The translations under genes and the position numbers were made by a program. A stretch of 50,463 nucleotides of DNA, counting the filler, from Catajapyx aquilonaris (Eukaryota), in NCBI GenBank assembly GCA_000934665.2. It is 2 parts of 2 records of this genome, joined end to end, with 100 filler letters (N's around TTAATTAATTAA, not from the genome) between each part and the next. Parts side by side here need not be neighbours in the genome. Positions count along the whole stretch, not along the records: positions 25,344 to 50,463 come from JYFJ02005422.1; 1 more part is not named here. The stretch is one strand, 5' to 3'. The notes under the pieces are model-generated. The model worked only from the letters and a program-made list of their open reading frames with translations. It had not been told where the DNA came from and did not search any database. The stretch's first letter is position 1. Every line of letters begins with the position of its first letter. Below are positions 38,952-50,463 of this stretch, piece after piece.

Positions 38952-40555
38952 CAACGAGATATACATAGGATAGAGGCCGTAAAGGTCGGCCATCTTTGGC
39001 GGCCATGCCACTTCACGGCAACAACACGCACGAATTTGAATTTGCCGTATTTCTAACCCTGTTCTCATCTGTGTACACTCCTGCCTCCTGGCGGGGCTGG
39101 GAATAAATGGATTGGTTTTTTTCCCCAGCCCCGCCAGGAGGCAGGAGTGTACGCAGAGGAGAACAGGGTTAGAAATACGGCAAATTCAAAGTTCTTGCCG
39201 TGAAGTGTCATGGCCGCCAATTGCATCAAAGATGGCCGACCTTTACGGCCTCTATCCTATTTATACGAGGGGCGGTCATAAAGTTCTTACAATCACCTAG
39301 AAAGAAGAGAGTCACGGGCTAGTGCAGTTATTGTGTGGTAGGTCCTTCTCCACATATGCGCCATGCAAGGTAACACACTTCTCCCATTGATGGATGACCC
39401 GTCGGAGACCTTCGTTGAAGAAGCCTCCATTTGGCTGCTGAGGAACTGTTCCACCGCATTGATGACCTCCCCATCGTTCTGGAAGTGGCGTCCACGCAGC
39501 GGATTCTTCAGCCATGGGAAGAGGAAGAAGTCACTAGGCGCTAGGTCGGCTGAGTTGGGTGGATGAGTCAGTATTTCATACCCAAGACTGCCCGAAAGCA
39601 TCACAGTCTTCTGCGTCAAATGAGCCACGCATTGCCATGCAGCAACCGAACATCTTTGGACACTTTGCCGTGCCTCTGGGCCTTGATGGTGTCTCGCAGT
39701 TTTTTCAGCAGGTCCCTGCAGTATGCCCTTGTGATTGTGTGGCCCTTCCGGGCATAGTCGGTCAACAGAACTCCTTCACAGTCCCAAAAGACACTGAGCA
39801 TGACCTTCCCAGACGATGGCTGTGTCCTGGCTCTCTTGGGAGGTGGGGAGTCAGTGTGTTTCCACTGCCGGCTCTGGGACTTGGTCTCAGGGTTGTAATG
39901 ATGCACCCAGCATTTGTCCATGGTGACCAAGCGAGCGAAAAAGTCGTCCTCATCGGCCCAACACAGATCCAAATGCGCGGCAGCTGCGTCCCTGCGGCAC
40001 TGTTTTTGAAAGGGCGTGAGGAGTCGTGGCACCCACTGTGCGGAGACCTTTAACATGTGCAGGACCTCATGAAGAATGTTGCAAATGGTGCCGTGGCTTA
40101 TCTTGACTTTGTCATGATCTGTTTGACTGTGATGTGGCGGTCTTCCATGACCAGGGCCTCGATTTGTGACTCGTCACTGACGGAGGGATGCCCACTGCAG
40201 GTGTCGTCTTCCAGGCTTGTCTGGCCACAATTGAAACGTCACTGCCACTTGGCGACTGTCTCATAGGATAGGGCATTGTCCCCATACACATCCACCAACT
40301 CTGCATGGATTTCTTTGGCATTCTTCCCCTTCAAAAATAAATATATAATCACACCACGCAGCTCGACTTTTACTGCGGCATGCGCCATCTTGAATTCCCT
40401 GCTCTGGCGGTGGGCTAGAAAACAACAGAGTGCGATTCTGTGCGCCTGCGCATATTAGAAAAAGGTGCTTACGCCACAGCAGCAAAAATTCGCCGCTATC
40501 CGCAGTCTTTCGTGGTGATTGTAAGAACTTTATGACCGCCCCTCGTATCTCGTTG
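38952..40555. mobile_element. Foldback MITE (~150-bp arms) interrupted by the mariner element
   Basis: Left arm 38952-~39101 is the reverse complement of right arm 39121-39265; the last 8 bp of the right arm (tctcgttg) resume after the mariner at 40548-40555. Confidence 0.8.
39266..40545 (-). mobile_element. Full-length but inactivated mariner (Tc1/mariner) transposon, 1280 bp, in the FoxJ1 intron
   Basis: Perfect 32-bp TIRs cgaggggcggtcataaagttcttacaatcacc (39266-39297 and 40514-40545) flanked by TA. The minus-strand transposase starts at ATG 40388 and contains WVPRLL, TMDKCWVHHY, LLHGNA (for HDNA) and HPPNSADLAPSDFFLF. It has an in-frame TGA at 40239-40241 and frameshifts. Confidence 0.95.
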
Positions 40556-40566
40556 TTTGGGCCATA

Positions 40567-40728
40567 GAGTGTTGGTCATATATTGAGGCAACCGCCAGCG
40601 ACATTTTCCGAAGCGGCAGAAGAAGGAATCTTGCTCGCCCGGCTTGAAGTATCCTTATCTTCGATTCCTTCTTCTGCCGCTTCGGAAAATGTCGCTGGCA
40701 GTTGCCTCGATATATGACCATCAACACT
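40567..40728. mobile_element. Tc1/mariner-type MITE (palindromic, ~160 bp), copy 1
   Basis: Long inverted arms (agtgttgg...cagcgacattttccgaagcggcagaagaaggaatc / gattccttcttctgccgcttcggaaaatgtcgctgg...caacact); similar to 44242-44403. Confidence 0.8.
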
Positions 40729-41872
40729 ACAAGTAAGTTACTGAATAGTCATTCAGAAGAAGAATGACAGTTCTACAGAATTAATTAGGACTTTTTGACA
40801 TCAGTAAGTCAGCAAGTGTAATCATGGCTAAATAACATGTTTACTTGTTGTCGTAAAAATATCCACGAGTCTGATCGGTTTCGGATTACAGAATACTGTA
40901 ATTACCCTGCTTCCCGAGCAAACCATCCTTTTCCTAGTTGATCAAAAGCAGCAAGGAATAAATTAGTTTTGTGTTTCCAAGCCCATTTAGCCTATATTGC
41001 TGCCACGGAAACACAGAAGCCGCCCACCTGTAGATTCTAGGACGTGGAATGTGACCAATGGAATCCTGCATATGCTAGGTCGCACAGTGTAGTATTTGAC
41101 CTCAAAAGCTGGCCAAAATTTAATTTTTGAAAATTGGACTGATTCCAAAAATTTCTTTTTACTGGAATAGATGAATGATGATAGGCTATTATGACATGCA
41201 GACTGTACTTATTATAGATGAAACTCTTCGTCCTTACCAGCAATCGAAAATTAACGATCGTTAGCGTCATATTCAACTCTTCGAAGTACTGTACAATCTA
41301 CTGCGCGACATATTCATTGTGCTGTTTTCAGTTCTACAAAATATTTTTCAACTGTTTTAATATTTAAGCTTCAGAACAAGGTAAGTATGGCCTATACTTC
41401 ATTTTAAAAAATTGTGACACCTATATGACTAGTCTATGAGTAGTTATTCGTCCGCAAAATTATGCAATAATTTGTATACTTTCTTGCCAAATGTGAAATA
41501 TTCAAACATTATTAAGTTATACTTCCAAAGGCTTCCCACCTGTTTTCTCTTCGGCATTTTGTAGAGTAAGACTTCTACTTCATAGCAAATAAAGAATCGG
41601 TCGCACCTCATTGCACCTTTAATTTTTTTCAATTATTTAGTGCGGTGCGGTGGAAGAATTCTAGTGGTCAAGTCGTAATATTATTTATTTCTAGCTTTAC
41701 ATTCCAGGATAATCTCTCTTTAAAAATACGATCAGATGCGACACTTCATTAGAAATGTCATTATCCACTCTGGCACATGGAAATGGTATCTCTTGTAAAA
41801 ATCCAGAATAACATGCTGCCTATTCCTTCAAAAGCGCGCAGTCCTAATGCCCACTTTTGCAACATTATAATA

Positions 41873-42409
41873 CACTGTACTCCCGATTATCCTGGCTAAT
41901 GGCTTCACTGGTGTCACCGGATAATAGAAAAACACGGATAATGGGGAAAATGGTCATAGAAGCCATAGAAATGAGCTATTGACATGTTTTGTGCTATTGT
42001 ATAGATGTGTTGCTTGGTTGAATCAAACTAATAAAACGTACTATGGGGCTCAAATTCTTTTGGCCACTTTATCCTGGTCTTGAAGCAACCCTTCACACAC
42101 GCACAACTATTCACCATGGTGCTTGTTCGAAGGGTTGCTTCAAGACCAGGATAAAGTGGCCAAAAGAATTTGAGCCCCATAGTACCATATATTTTTATTT
42201 TGTCTTCTAGAAAAAGTGTTTCTTAGTTGGCGAGACATATTGACAGTAGGTCTTTTCGTCCCACTGCTAGTTAGTGCTAACTTAATTTGCACTGTGTACT
42301 GATAACTTAGCAGTATCCAGCAGTAAGACGAAAATTCGACCCATTTTTTCGGATGTAATTTTTTTAAAAGTTATTTTTTGGCGGTGCACGGATAATCGGG
42401 AGTACAGTG
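41873..42409. mobile_element. pogo-like MITE containing a perfect internal hairpin
   Basis: TIRs cactgtactcccgattatcc / ggataatcgggagtacagtg; internal perfect 57-bp inverted repeat at 42038-42185. Confidence 0.75.
42038..42185. repeat. Perfect 57-bp inverted repeat with 34-bp loop (young MITE)
   Basis: 42038-42094 is the exact reverse complement of 42129-42185. Confidence 0.9.
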
Positions 42410-43038
42410 CAATCCCAATCCAAAAAAGGTCGTTAATACTATCAAGGAATGGATATTTGTTAAAATTGGGACTAATAACCACAAATTGAATATAAGGAAT
42501 CTCTTCACCTGCCTTTAATCATCATTGCATGTAAATTACAGTTGAAACCATTTAAGGGAACTAGACATTAATTACAGTAGGCCTAATTATTTCTTAGTTA
42601 GATACCTGCACCTCTCTTCTGGAAAATATTATTTCATTGTTATCGAGGTTTTTTCTCCAGAAATATGCTTCATGTCACCAAAAACTACTTTACTTCCCCT
42701 ATTACTTCATAAATTAACGAATCAGAGCATTTTAAAAGAAAACCCATATAGAAAGAATTTTGGCCAACTTTTCGACCCATATATCCCATTGTGGGTCGTT
42801 CGTATTCTTCCGCATTTTGGAACGTTCGCTGTTGGACTTGACCATAGCATGACCCCCCTGGTATCTCTTTATCCTCTTATTTCTTGTTGCCCCCCCACCC
42901 CACCCGCTTACTTAAGCTGCGGACTTCATGTGTACGGTGTTCTGAATTGTCAGCATTCTTTACGTATAGGGTTTTCCGAGATAGGCTACCTTGGATCAAA
43001 TTATTGACATGTGACAACTTCAGGTCTTTCCAACCTTG

Positions 43039-43269
43039 AGGGGAGACACGATGGTGTAGTGGTTAACGCCACAGCCTTCCACCTCTAAGGTCCCGAGTTC
43101 GATCCTCGGGTCGGACGGAGGACACTTAATGCGGAAGAGTTTCGATGGGTTCTCGCTGTGTTTGCGTGGGGTTCTCGGGGTTCTCCCGTTTCCACCCACT
43201 ACCATAAACCCATTACACGAATGCCAGATAGCCTTAGTTGATTTGGCACAACCAACAAACCAACCAACG
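43039..43269 (+). mobile_element. tRNA-derived SINE (family C, V-SINE-like core) with (CCAA)n tail
   Basis: A-box TGGTGTAGTGG, B-box-like AGTTCGATCCT, core gttctcgctgtgtttgcgtggggttctcggggttctcccgtttccacccac resembling the V-domain consensus; tail caaccaacaaaccaaccaac. Confidence 0.75.
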
Positions 43270-44128
43270 AGTATGGTCCTCGTATAATTAATCATAGGCT
43301 ACTTGCTGATGGTCCTGTCAATTATATTATTTGTAAGAGACTCTATCGTCCTAAAGAAAATGCTTTTAAGAAGTGGCTCCTGTAAAAGCGAGTTTTTAAA
43401 CTTCAAACTCGAAATCATCATTCCGTACGATTCGGATTGCTCTGCATTTCGTCTTCGTTTGATTTAAGTTACGAATTTGGGCCCTAAAATATACTCTTAA
43501 TATAAATAATTATAAGTTTAGTAGCGTTTTTCTGTCCAAGTTGACGGTCCAAAGACAGGGACAAACTGATTTTATTAGTCACTCCTGAACCGCATTTGAG
43601 CTCCAGTCCATATTAGGCAAGAGGTTTGGAGCTGTTTTTGTTGTTGTTGTTGTTGCATATGTACAGAACCATATATTTGAGCATGCTCATTGGAAGTGTA
43701 CTAGTCCCCTCTGTCTGGAAAGTCAACCTGAGCAGAGAAACACCCTATGTACAGTACCGGTATCCACAGAACTAAAATGCCACACTTCATGGAAACTGCG
43801 TCCGTTTGCACTCGTGTAGTAAAAAGGTTTTCTCCGTAGCATTAACATTATTAACTGTTACAGTATATGCGTATTGACGCTTTACGTGAGGGACTTGCGT
43901 GACCATTAAGCTTACTCTGATCCCATTAGTCATAATGATATGTCACTTTTTAACAATGGTAGCTGGACACTACCAGCGTGAAGCGCCGCCAAACACTAAC
44001 TTTGCTACCCGGCAAGGCTATTCTTATTGCTATACACTTCTGAGGGAGGACCACTTATAGCTGAAAATTCTTGGTGTGCAACTGCCCTCGGCAGAATGAT
44101 ATCAGCAAAATAACGCCTAATTCGACTA

Positions 44129-44183
<55 letters not shown>

Positions 44184-44678
44184 GGGTATAGTGCCGTACC
44201 TCATCTGAGGTTTTGACACGGACCTTTATTGCCAAGATGTACAGTGTTGGACATTAATCGAGGCGTACTGCTAGCGACATTTTCCGAAGTGGCAGAAGAA
44301 GGAATCTTGCTCGCCCTGCTTGCAGTATCCTTATCTTCGATTCCTTCTTCTGCCCCCTCGGAAAATGTCGCTGGAAGTATGCCTCGATTAATGTCCAACA
44401 CTGTACGCATTAATATGGACAACGAACAGCCCTGGTCTGAGGGCAGGGTGACTGGGAAGGGATGTCCAATGTGCAAGTGCAATGTCTCTGCTGTGGACAT
44501 TTTGTGAGCTCCCCCGGGTGGTTCGCCTATCGTTAATCCCACCCTAGACGAAGCCGGAGATACCACTGGAGAACTCCGCACTAGATAAAAGGGGGGAATG
44601 CCCGGGCTTGGTATCGAACCCGGGACCCTTCGATCCGTGGGCGCATGCGTTACCGCAGCGCCACTTCGCCTTCCCGCC
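44129..44678 (-). mobile_element. tRNA-derived SINE (family B) with (TTA)n tail, interrupted by a MITE
   Basis: Head gaaggcgaagtggcgctgcggtaacgcatgcgcccacgga...gggttcgatacc and body ggcttcgtct...ccacccgggggagctcacaaaatg match 37514-37862; the (AAT)n at 44129-44183 is its tail. Confidence 0.8.
44242..44403. mobile_element. Tc1/mariner-type MITE, copy 2, inserted inside a SINE
   Basis: TA|CAGTGTTGGACATTAATCGAGGC...GCCTCGATTAATGTCCAACACTG|TA; same family as 40567-40728. Confidence 0.85.
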
Positions 44679-46681
44679 CTGTGACACTGTAGCCTACATA
44701 CACATAGGCCTAATCCCGCGTCAAAGGGAATAAAAATAACTTCTGATCTCCTGATTATAATTATGTGTAGCAAACTGGCAATATAATGGCAAAAACCAGC
44801 AATCGCGTTTCGACACCTGACCCACCCTTATAATAGACTGAGAATTTTAGTGGGGGTTAATGGGAGATCAATACTTGTTTTTGTTCACATAGGATTATTG
44901 AAGAGATTATTATTCTAACTTAAAATATCACCAGTTCTTTTGATAATACATAAGTTACCGGTATGTCCGTAAATATTGCAAAATAGCAGAAAAAATATTC
45001 AACGATTAACCTAGTATTGTGCCGGCTCTACTGTTTCAGTCATATAACGGAGTAGGCCCACCGATATTGGGAAGCAGATGATGGTGCACTCATGCGTTTG
45101 TTGCCCTTCTGGTCATTGAACATGATCCATGTTACAAACACATGTTCGAAAGCCCTGGCGTACACGCGAACTAGCTAAGTGGGAAGTCAGCTATACAGTA
45201 TACGTATAGAAGTAATAGGCACGCATCTCCGGCTATATAGCAGTGTTATTGAAGACTACCCAGACAACCAGTCAGTTAAGGGTTAGATGAATGATGGATG
45301 GGTGGCTGTATCCTGGTATACAGTCGACCTATTTGCTTTACACTTACCCTCGTTATAAATATGAATCATGTTTCAATTCCCCTCAATACATGAAGCTCAC
45401 TTAAAAGTTTTCCAAGTTGGCAATCTATGTTCACATTAGATGCGTTCTACATCAACACGACAACTGACTTCAAGGTCATTGCATCTGTATGTCGCCTTTC
45501 CTTTAAGGAATTTGTGCAGGTGAGCGATACTAGTTGGCACTTAACGACGCCAACCTGTTGGCCACATGAGTCAACTCCGCCAATCCTATAGCTTGGCGTT
45601 CGAGTAAGTGCCAATTAAGGATCTTCCAGCTATATGACATCCCTGAGCTTCTTCGTTATTGAGGAAGTGATGTCTATTGAAGCTTTTTCATGTGAGAGGA
45701 GTTAAAGTCAAAAATATGTTTTGCATAAAGAGCTGTTAATGCCTTCCAATCTGCATTTATCGACGGGCCAACAGCTACACGACTAATTATTATTTTTCCA
45801 GCTGTAAAACCAATATTACAAAACGACGATCGAAACACCGGCACCTTGTATAGACTACGTAAATTATGACAGAGCAGTTGATAAGTCAGGGAATATATTG
45901 CTGCATTTAATGAAAGTAGCAGTCATAGACTTTCATTACAAATGACATAATAAATTAGTGCTTTAGGCTTGAAATGTTTCCAGAGAGCAAAATGAACATA
46001 TATGAACATAATATATAAATGAACATATATTGCATATATGAACATTACTGCCTTTTTGTTATGCGACTTATGCCCTTTCCCATGCCAACTTCTCAATTAT
46101 TAAAAACATGCGAATGTTTCAATTGCCTCTCATTATACGAATATGGAGTAATTTATTCAGATTTTAAACGTTTGAACGGAATGTCAAAGTATATACCTAG
46201 GTCCCTAATAACTGAGGCGTGACAGCAGTCAGCGATCCGGATTAGCAATTGTTGCATCAATATACGAAGGACATCAAAATATCAATATTGAATCTTCAGA
46301 CGTCTAGAATCTTATTAATGCAGGAACCCCATCCTACTCATTAGGAACGATTTGGAATCCTTTCATTACATTACCCCTCCTCACAACCTCGACATGTACG
46401 TATACCTCAATCCGATGCAAAGGATCGACAAAACGTCGGAACAATAATATTATTATAGAATACATACTATACCATGGAGGGGTGCCAGTACCATAGGGGA
46501 GAATCAATAATATGCTCCAATTACCACCTCCAATTATTCTTCATGCGTCGAATAGGCAATGGATTCGTGCAGCTAGATATTCTAAGCACGATAGTCGCAG
46601 CTGTAAGCCCACAACATAACAAAACCTGAGGCAGAATAAGAGCTATGCCAAAATGGGGAAAATAAACGAAGAAAATCTTAC

Positions 46682-47089
46682 CTGCCAACTAGGATCAGCG
46701 TTTCGATAATAGAGGAAGTTCTCTCTAATCCACTTATAAATGGCGGACAGTGTCATCTTGTTCCTATTGGCCTTCATAGCCATACAGATGAGGGCAGCGT
46801 AGGAAAATGGTGGCTTGACATCCCCGCTGATTTTGTAGTCGACCACCTCCGGCACCAGGTCAGGTTCGGTTACACGTCCTTTAACTTTGCTCTTGGACCT
46901 GCTGACGTCTTTGGCAGGCGGAATGGGTGAGGCTGGTGGTGTGGGAGGCGTGGGTACTGATAGTTGACTCATTATGTCAAGGGTGTGCAACCATGTCAGG
47001 CTGGTCAGGTCCGGGTCAGAAGGCACTTCCCTGACGGGAGCCTCCATCGTCATCCACTGAGGTTGAATCTGCAATGCCGACTTGCTCAT
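46682..47089 (-). CDS. FoxJ1: Forkhead box protein J1, first coding exon (N-terminus and first half of the forkhead domain)
   Basis: MSKSALQ...DLTSLTWL...[45 protein letters not shown]|gtaaga with a phase-0 donor at 46681. LTSLxWL and ICMAM...ADPxWQ are FoxJ1-class signatures. The exact start could be further upstream. Confidence 0.93.
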
Positions 47090-50000
47090 GTTGTACGCGC
47101 TCGTGTACCAAATATGCCCATGTTCATCAGTTACAACCAGAACTGGATGGATAGGTTGTTGGATGATTAGGCCTGTACAGGCTACCACTGTGCGTCTTCT
47201 GTCCAGAATTGAGAGGGGCACCCCATATTTATCGTTTCTGAGGGTGTTCTATTAGTTTAGTTTTAGGCACTTATTAATTGCTGCTGCACTTGCAGGATGA
47301 ATGGCGAGTTGCTTCTGGAATGATAGAAATGTCGGTTGTTAACAAACAAAATTTGAAATTGGTTATCATTTCTGGATAGAAAATACGAAGGAACAAAACA
47401 TGAAATTAAAACTTGAAAGTATAGGCCTATCTTAGTATATATAATCATTATTGGAACTCAATTATTCATTGTATTTGAATCATGAATTCCAAAATCGTAA
47501 TCACAATAATGTACTTTATAATATTAAACTTTCCATTACATGTGTAAAACCTGAGAATATGTTCTAATGCGTACATGGTAATATTTTCCTTCCAGGGGAA
47601 TGTACAGATGAAACTATTGAAACTTATGGCACGCAAGGTACATAAGCAAACACTTGAGTTAAAGCAACTTGTGAAAATATTGATTTACGTAGTATATAGG
47701 TCTTGGCGGTCACAAACCTCATAATTTTGTCTCGTTTTACGCCGATTCACTTTACGCCGCGTTTTGCTGAACCCATTAACGGCGTAAACGAGTATTTCCT
47801 GTATTACAAAAATACATTGCTGCAAGGGAGACCTAAAAGCAAGTGACAGTGTAACTACGTATAAGCCATAGAGGGGAAACTCAATAATGGCAGCTAGGCG
47901 AAACAACTTTCTCCCGTGCGGGAGTTTCTGGACTAACCATGGATGCTTACAGTGCAGCTTACTCTATAGTACACTATAGTGTATATAGCTTACTACAGTG
48001 CGTATATTTATGCTATAGGCTATAAAAATCCATTGAACATATTTATAACGGAACATGTTTCTTTCCATACTCGGACGCGGTATAGTAGAAGAAATAATAT
48101 TCGTGTAAATTAATAATACAGTTTATTACATAAATAGAGCAGCCTGTTTTGTTACAAATATTACGTCCGCCTATGTGTGAAGGAAGATATGTACTCCGCG
48201 AAGTTACGCTATTAATTGCCACTATGTCACATATCTAGCAATTTTCTGTGCATTTCTATTTGCGAACCGACTGCAGTCATCATTGCTTTGAACATTGTTG
48301 CCAACAGTATATAATAAAGATCACTTTTTGGTCTGGATTTACTATAGGCCTACCTCACGCAACCCAGCCTATGATAATCATTTTAAAAGCACATGTATAA
48401 AGCAGGATGATGTAGCGTATATCTTCAGTGTTTAATTTTCTTATTTTCTTGCCCTGCAGCGCATACGCGTTTTCCCATGGCCTATTTCGTATAAGGCTTT
48501 GCACACTCTGTTACATAAAAGAACCTTTCCCCCTTCCTTTTCTTCCATTCTTTTTTTTCTTGTCTTTTCAAAGAATCTTTCGTCCGAGATGGTTGTGGAG
48601 CTTCACTTGGTTCTCTTTTTTATTTGGTTCTCCTAAGCCAGAGCCGAAGAACGAGCGGCTCCGACTTTTCCAGCTTTGTCGTGTCCAATAAGCAAAAGTG
48701 CCCCTGGCCCCACCCTGCCCCCTCCATTCCCTCCTTTTTTTCTGAATAATTTACAGCGGTGGAGTTTTCTACTGTGACGTGAGATGATCAAAGCTGGTAG
48801 TTCCCAGATATCGATTTGGAATAAGGCCCGAGACTCCTGTATATACTCTATGTGCGTTGTAACGCCCAAAGCGAGACAAGTAAGCGCACTTTTTGGGTCA
48901 AAACAACAACAGGTACAAACCGGTGTTGCCAGATTTACAATGTGCAAAGAAAGGGACAAGAAAGGTTACATTTATAAACTTCAGTGATTCTAGTCTTGAG
49001 TTGAATAAAATCAATTCTGACGGGAACTGTCGCCGTACCGTGACAGTTACGATGTTTTAATTGGAAATATCAATGTTGGTAGTATTTGCGAATTATTGCA
49101 TCAGTGCTTATATGCATACCTATTGTGTCAAAATATGTGTATGAAACGTATATATAGGTGTGTCGCCTTTTGGTTAGGAAAATAGTAGGCCTACATGTAT
49201 GAGGAACAGGTATGACTGTCCTTTAGTCTATACGCTGCAGGTCATTTATTCTTCATGTGCACTATATTTAGAGAAATGTCTTTTAATTCTTTTGAAAGCT
49301 GGGGTAGCTGATGGTATCAAAATCTGCCTTGAATAAGTTTGTGTTCTTCAATTCAATACTAACTGGAGGCAAAAAATAAAAATCAATCTGAATCTGAAAG
49401 GATGCTAGATTATTATTATGTATAGTTGCTCAATAGCTAAAAGCTTTGATGCGAATCATTCGTATACAAATGCCGACCTGACCGGAATAGCAAGCAAAAC
49501 AACTTTTAGGCCATTGCACCGCTGCTAAAATTAGTCGGACCCTCATATCAAAGATGGGCTTGCCAGATTACTTTCATGTCACGTCTGGCACAAATATTAT
49601 TTATACCATCTTAGAATAATTATGAAGTGACCATTTGCGACTCAAATGCTAGAATTAATACAACTATTCGAATAATAAAAATTCACGTGTTTTCTACATA
49701 CAAATAACCTTACAATAGAAAATGCAATCAATTAATACATTTACATCAGGTTAGGTTAATTTTGTGGTTCGATTAATACACGCTGAGATGCATACCTTCC
49801 CCCATCGTCCCATCCGCATCTTCTGCCGTCATATATTATTGTAAACATACAATAATAATACATAAACACAAAGTTTGGGAAAATATGGCCAATTTCGCCT
49901 TTTATGTTAGGGCTTCAATAGTGAACCTATTCCTCATATTTCAAAGGGACAACGGAATGTGAGAGCATACCCCCTGTTATGATATACCGTAATTTAATGA

Positions 50001-50245
50001 TACAGTTTTTGACGTCGGGACGCACAGTCGAGTCGTCCGGACGTGTAACTGATAGCTGCGAGATCAGGAGAATATGGTCCACTCCATTGTGGCGTAATGA
50101 GGAGTGAGTTATGAAAGCTTCCTTTGATTGCAATTATGTCGGAAGCAACATAATATTCCTCAAGGGATAGTCTATTCCCGTGCAAGGCACTTGGGTGCGT
50201 GATACCAGACTGGGCACAAAGCACATCGCATCCACTCTCACGTCG

Positions 50246-50429
50246 TAGTTTTCGAGTGGGTTTCTCGAGATTCTCTCCCGTCTCTTCCCACTGTTTAAAA
50301 CAACCTCCCTTCCCCTTTACGGTTTCGTACGCAATTTTCTAAAATCGGTTCCTACTGGTTGATTAGTCGTGATTACTATGGTACGGCGGTGGAAGGGCTC
50401 TTCAGCAGGCTATTAACCAACCAACCACT
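50246..50429 (+). mobile_element. 5'-truncated family C-like SINE fragment
   Basis: gtgggtttctcgagattctctcccgtctcttcccact core, (AACC)n tail, and direct repeat tctcacgtcg at 50236-50245 and 50430-50439. Confidence 0.5.
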
Positions 50430-50463
50430 TCTCACGTCGCCATCGACAGGAACGTACCGCACA

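Noticed and set aside
48920..48940. RFX X-box upstream of FoxJ1 (gttgccagatttac)
   Set aside because: Only one half-site fits and the transcription start is unknown.

Overview
Eukaryotic (arthropod-like) genomic DNA, AT-rich, with a dominant ~60-bp intron class. Five well-supported protein-coding genes: (1) a two-exon gene for a secreted Tyr/Gln/Ser/Gly-rich repetitive precursor with duplicated dibasic cleavage motifs (+, 14307-15129); (2) a six-exon arthropod troponin C (-, 15226-16379), tail-to-tail with it; (3) a seven-exon rogdi (+, 18747-20117) with a GC-AG intron; (4) a divergent SPOP-like MATH-BTB gene (-, 22306-23474); (5) FoxJ1 (-, 35698-47089) with a ~10-kb transposon-filled intron. 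Between the BTB gene and FoxJ1 is a chain of small minus-strand exon-like segments that collinearly resemble the kinetochore protein Zwilch but need frameshifts (probable pseudogene) and appear to splice towards the MATH-BTB exon. The rest is intergenic or intronic sequence with a degenerate full-length mariner, many MITE/foldback elements (several nested), three tRNA-derived SINE families, an AT-rich minisatellite and microsatellites. All gene models and homologies were read by eye; no searches were run.
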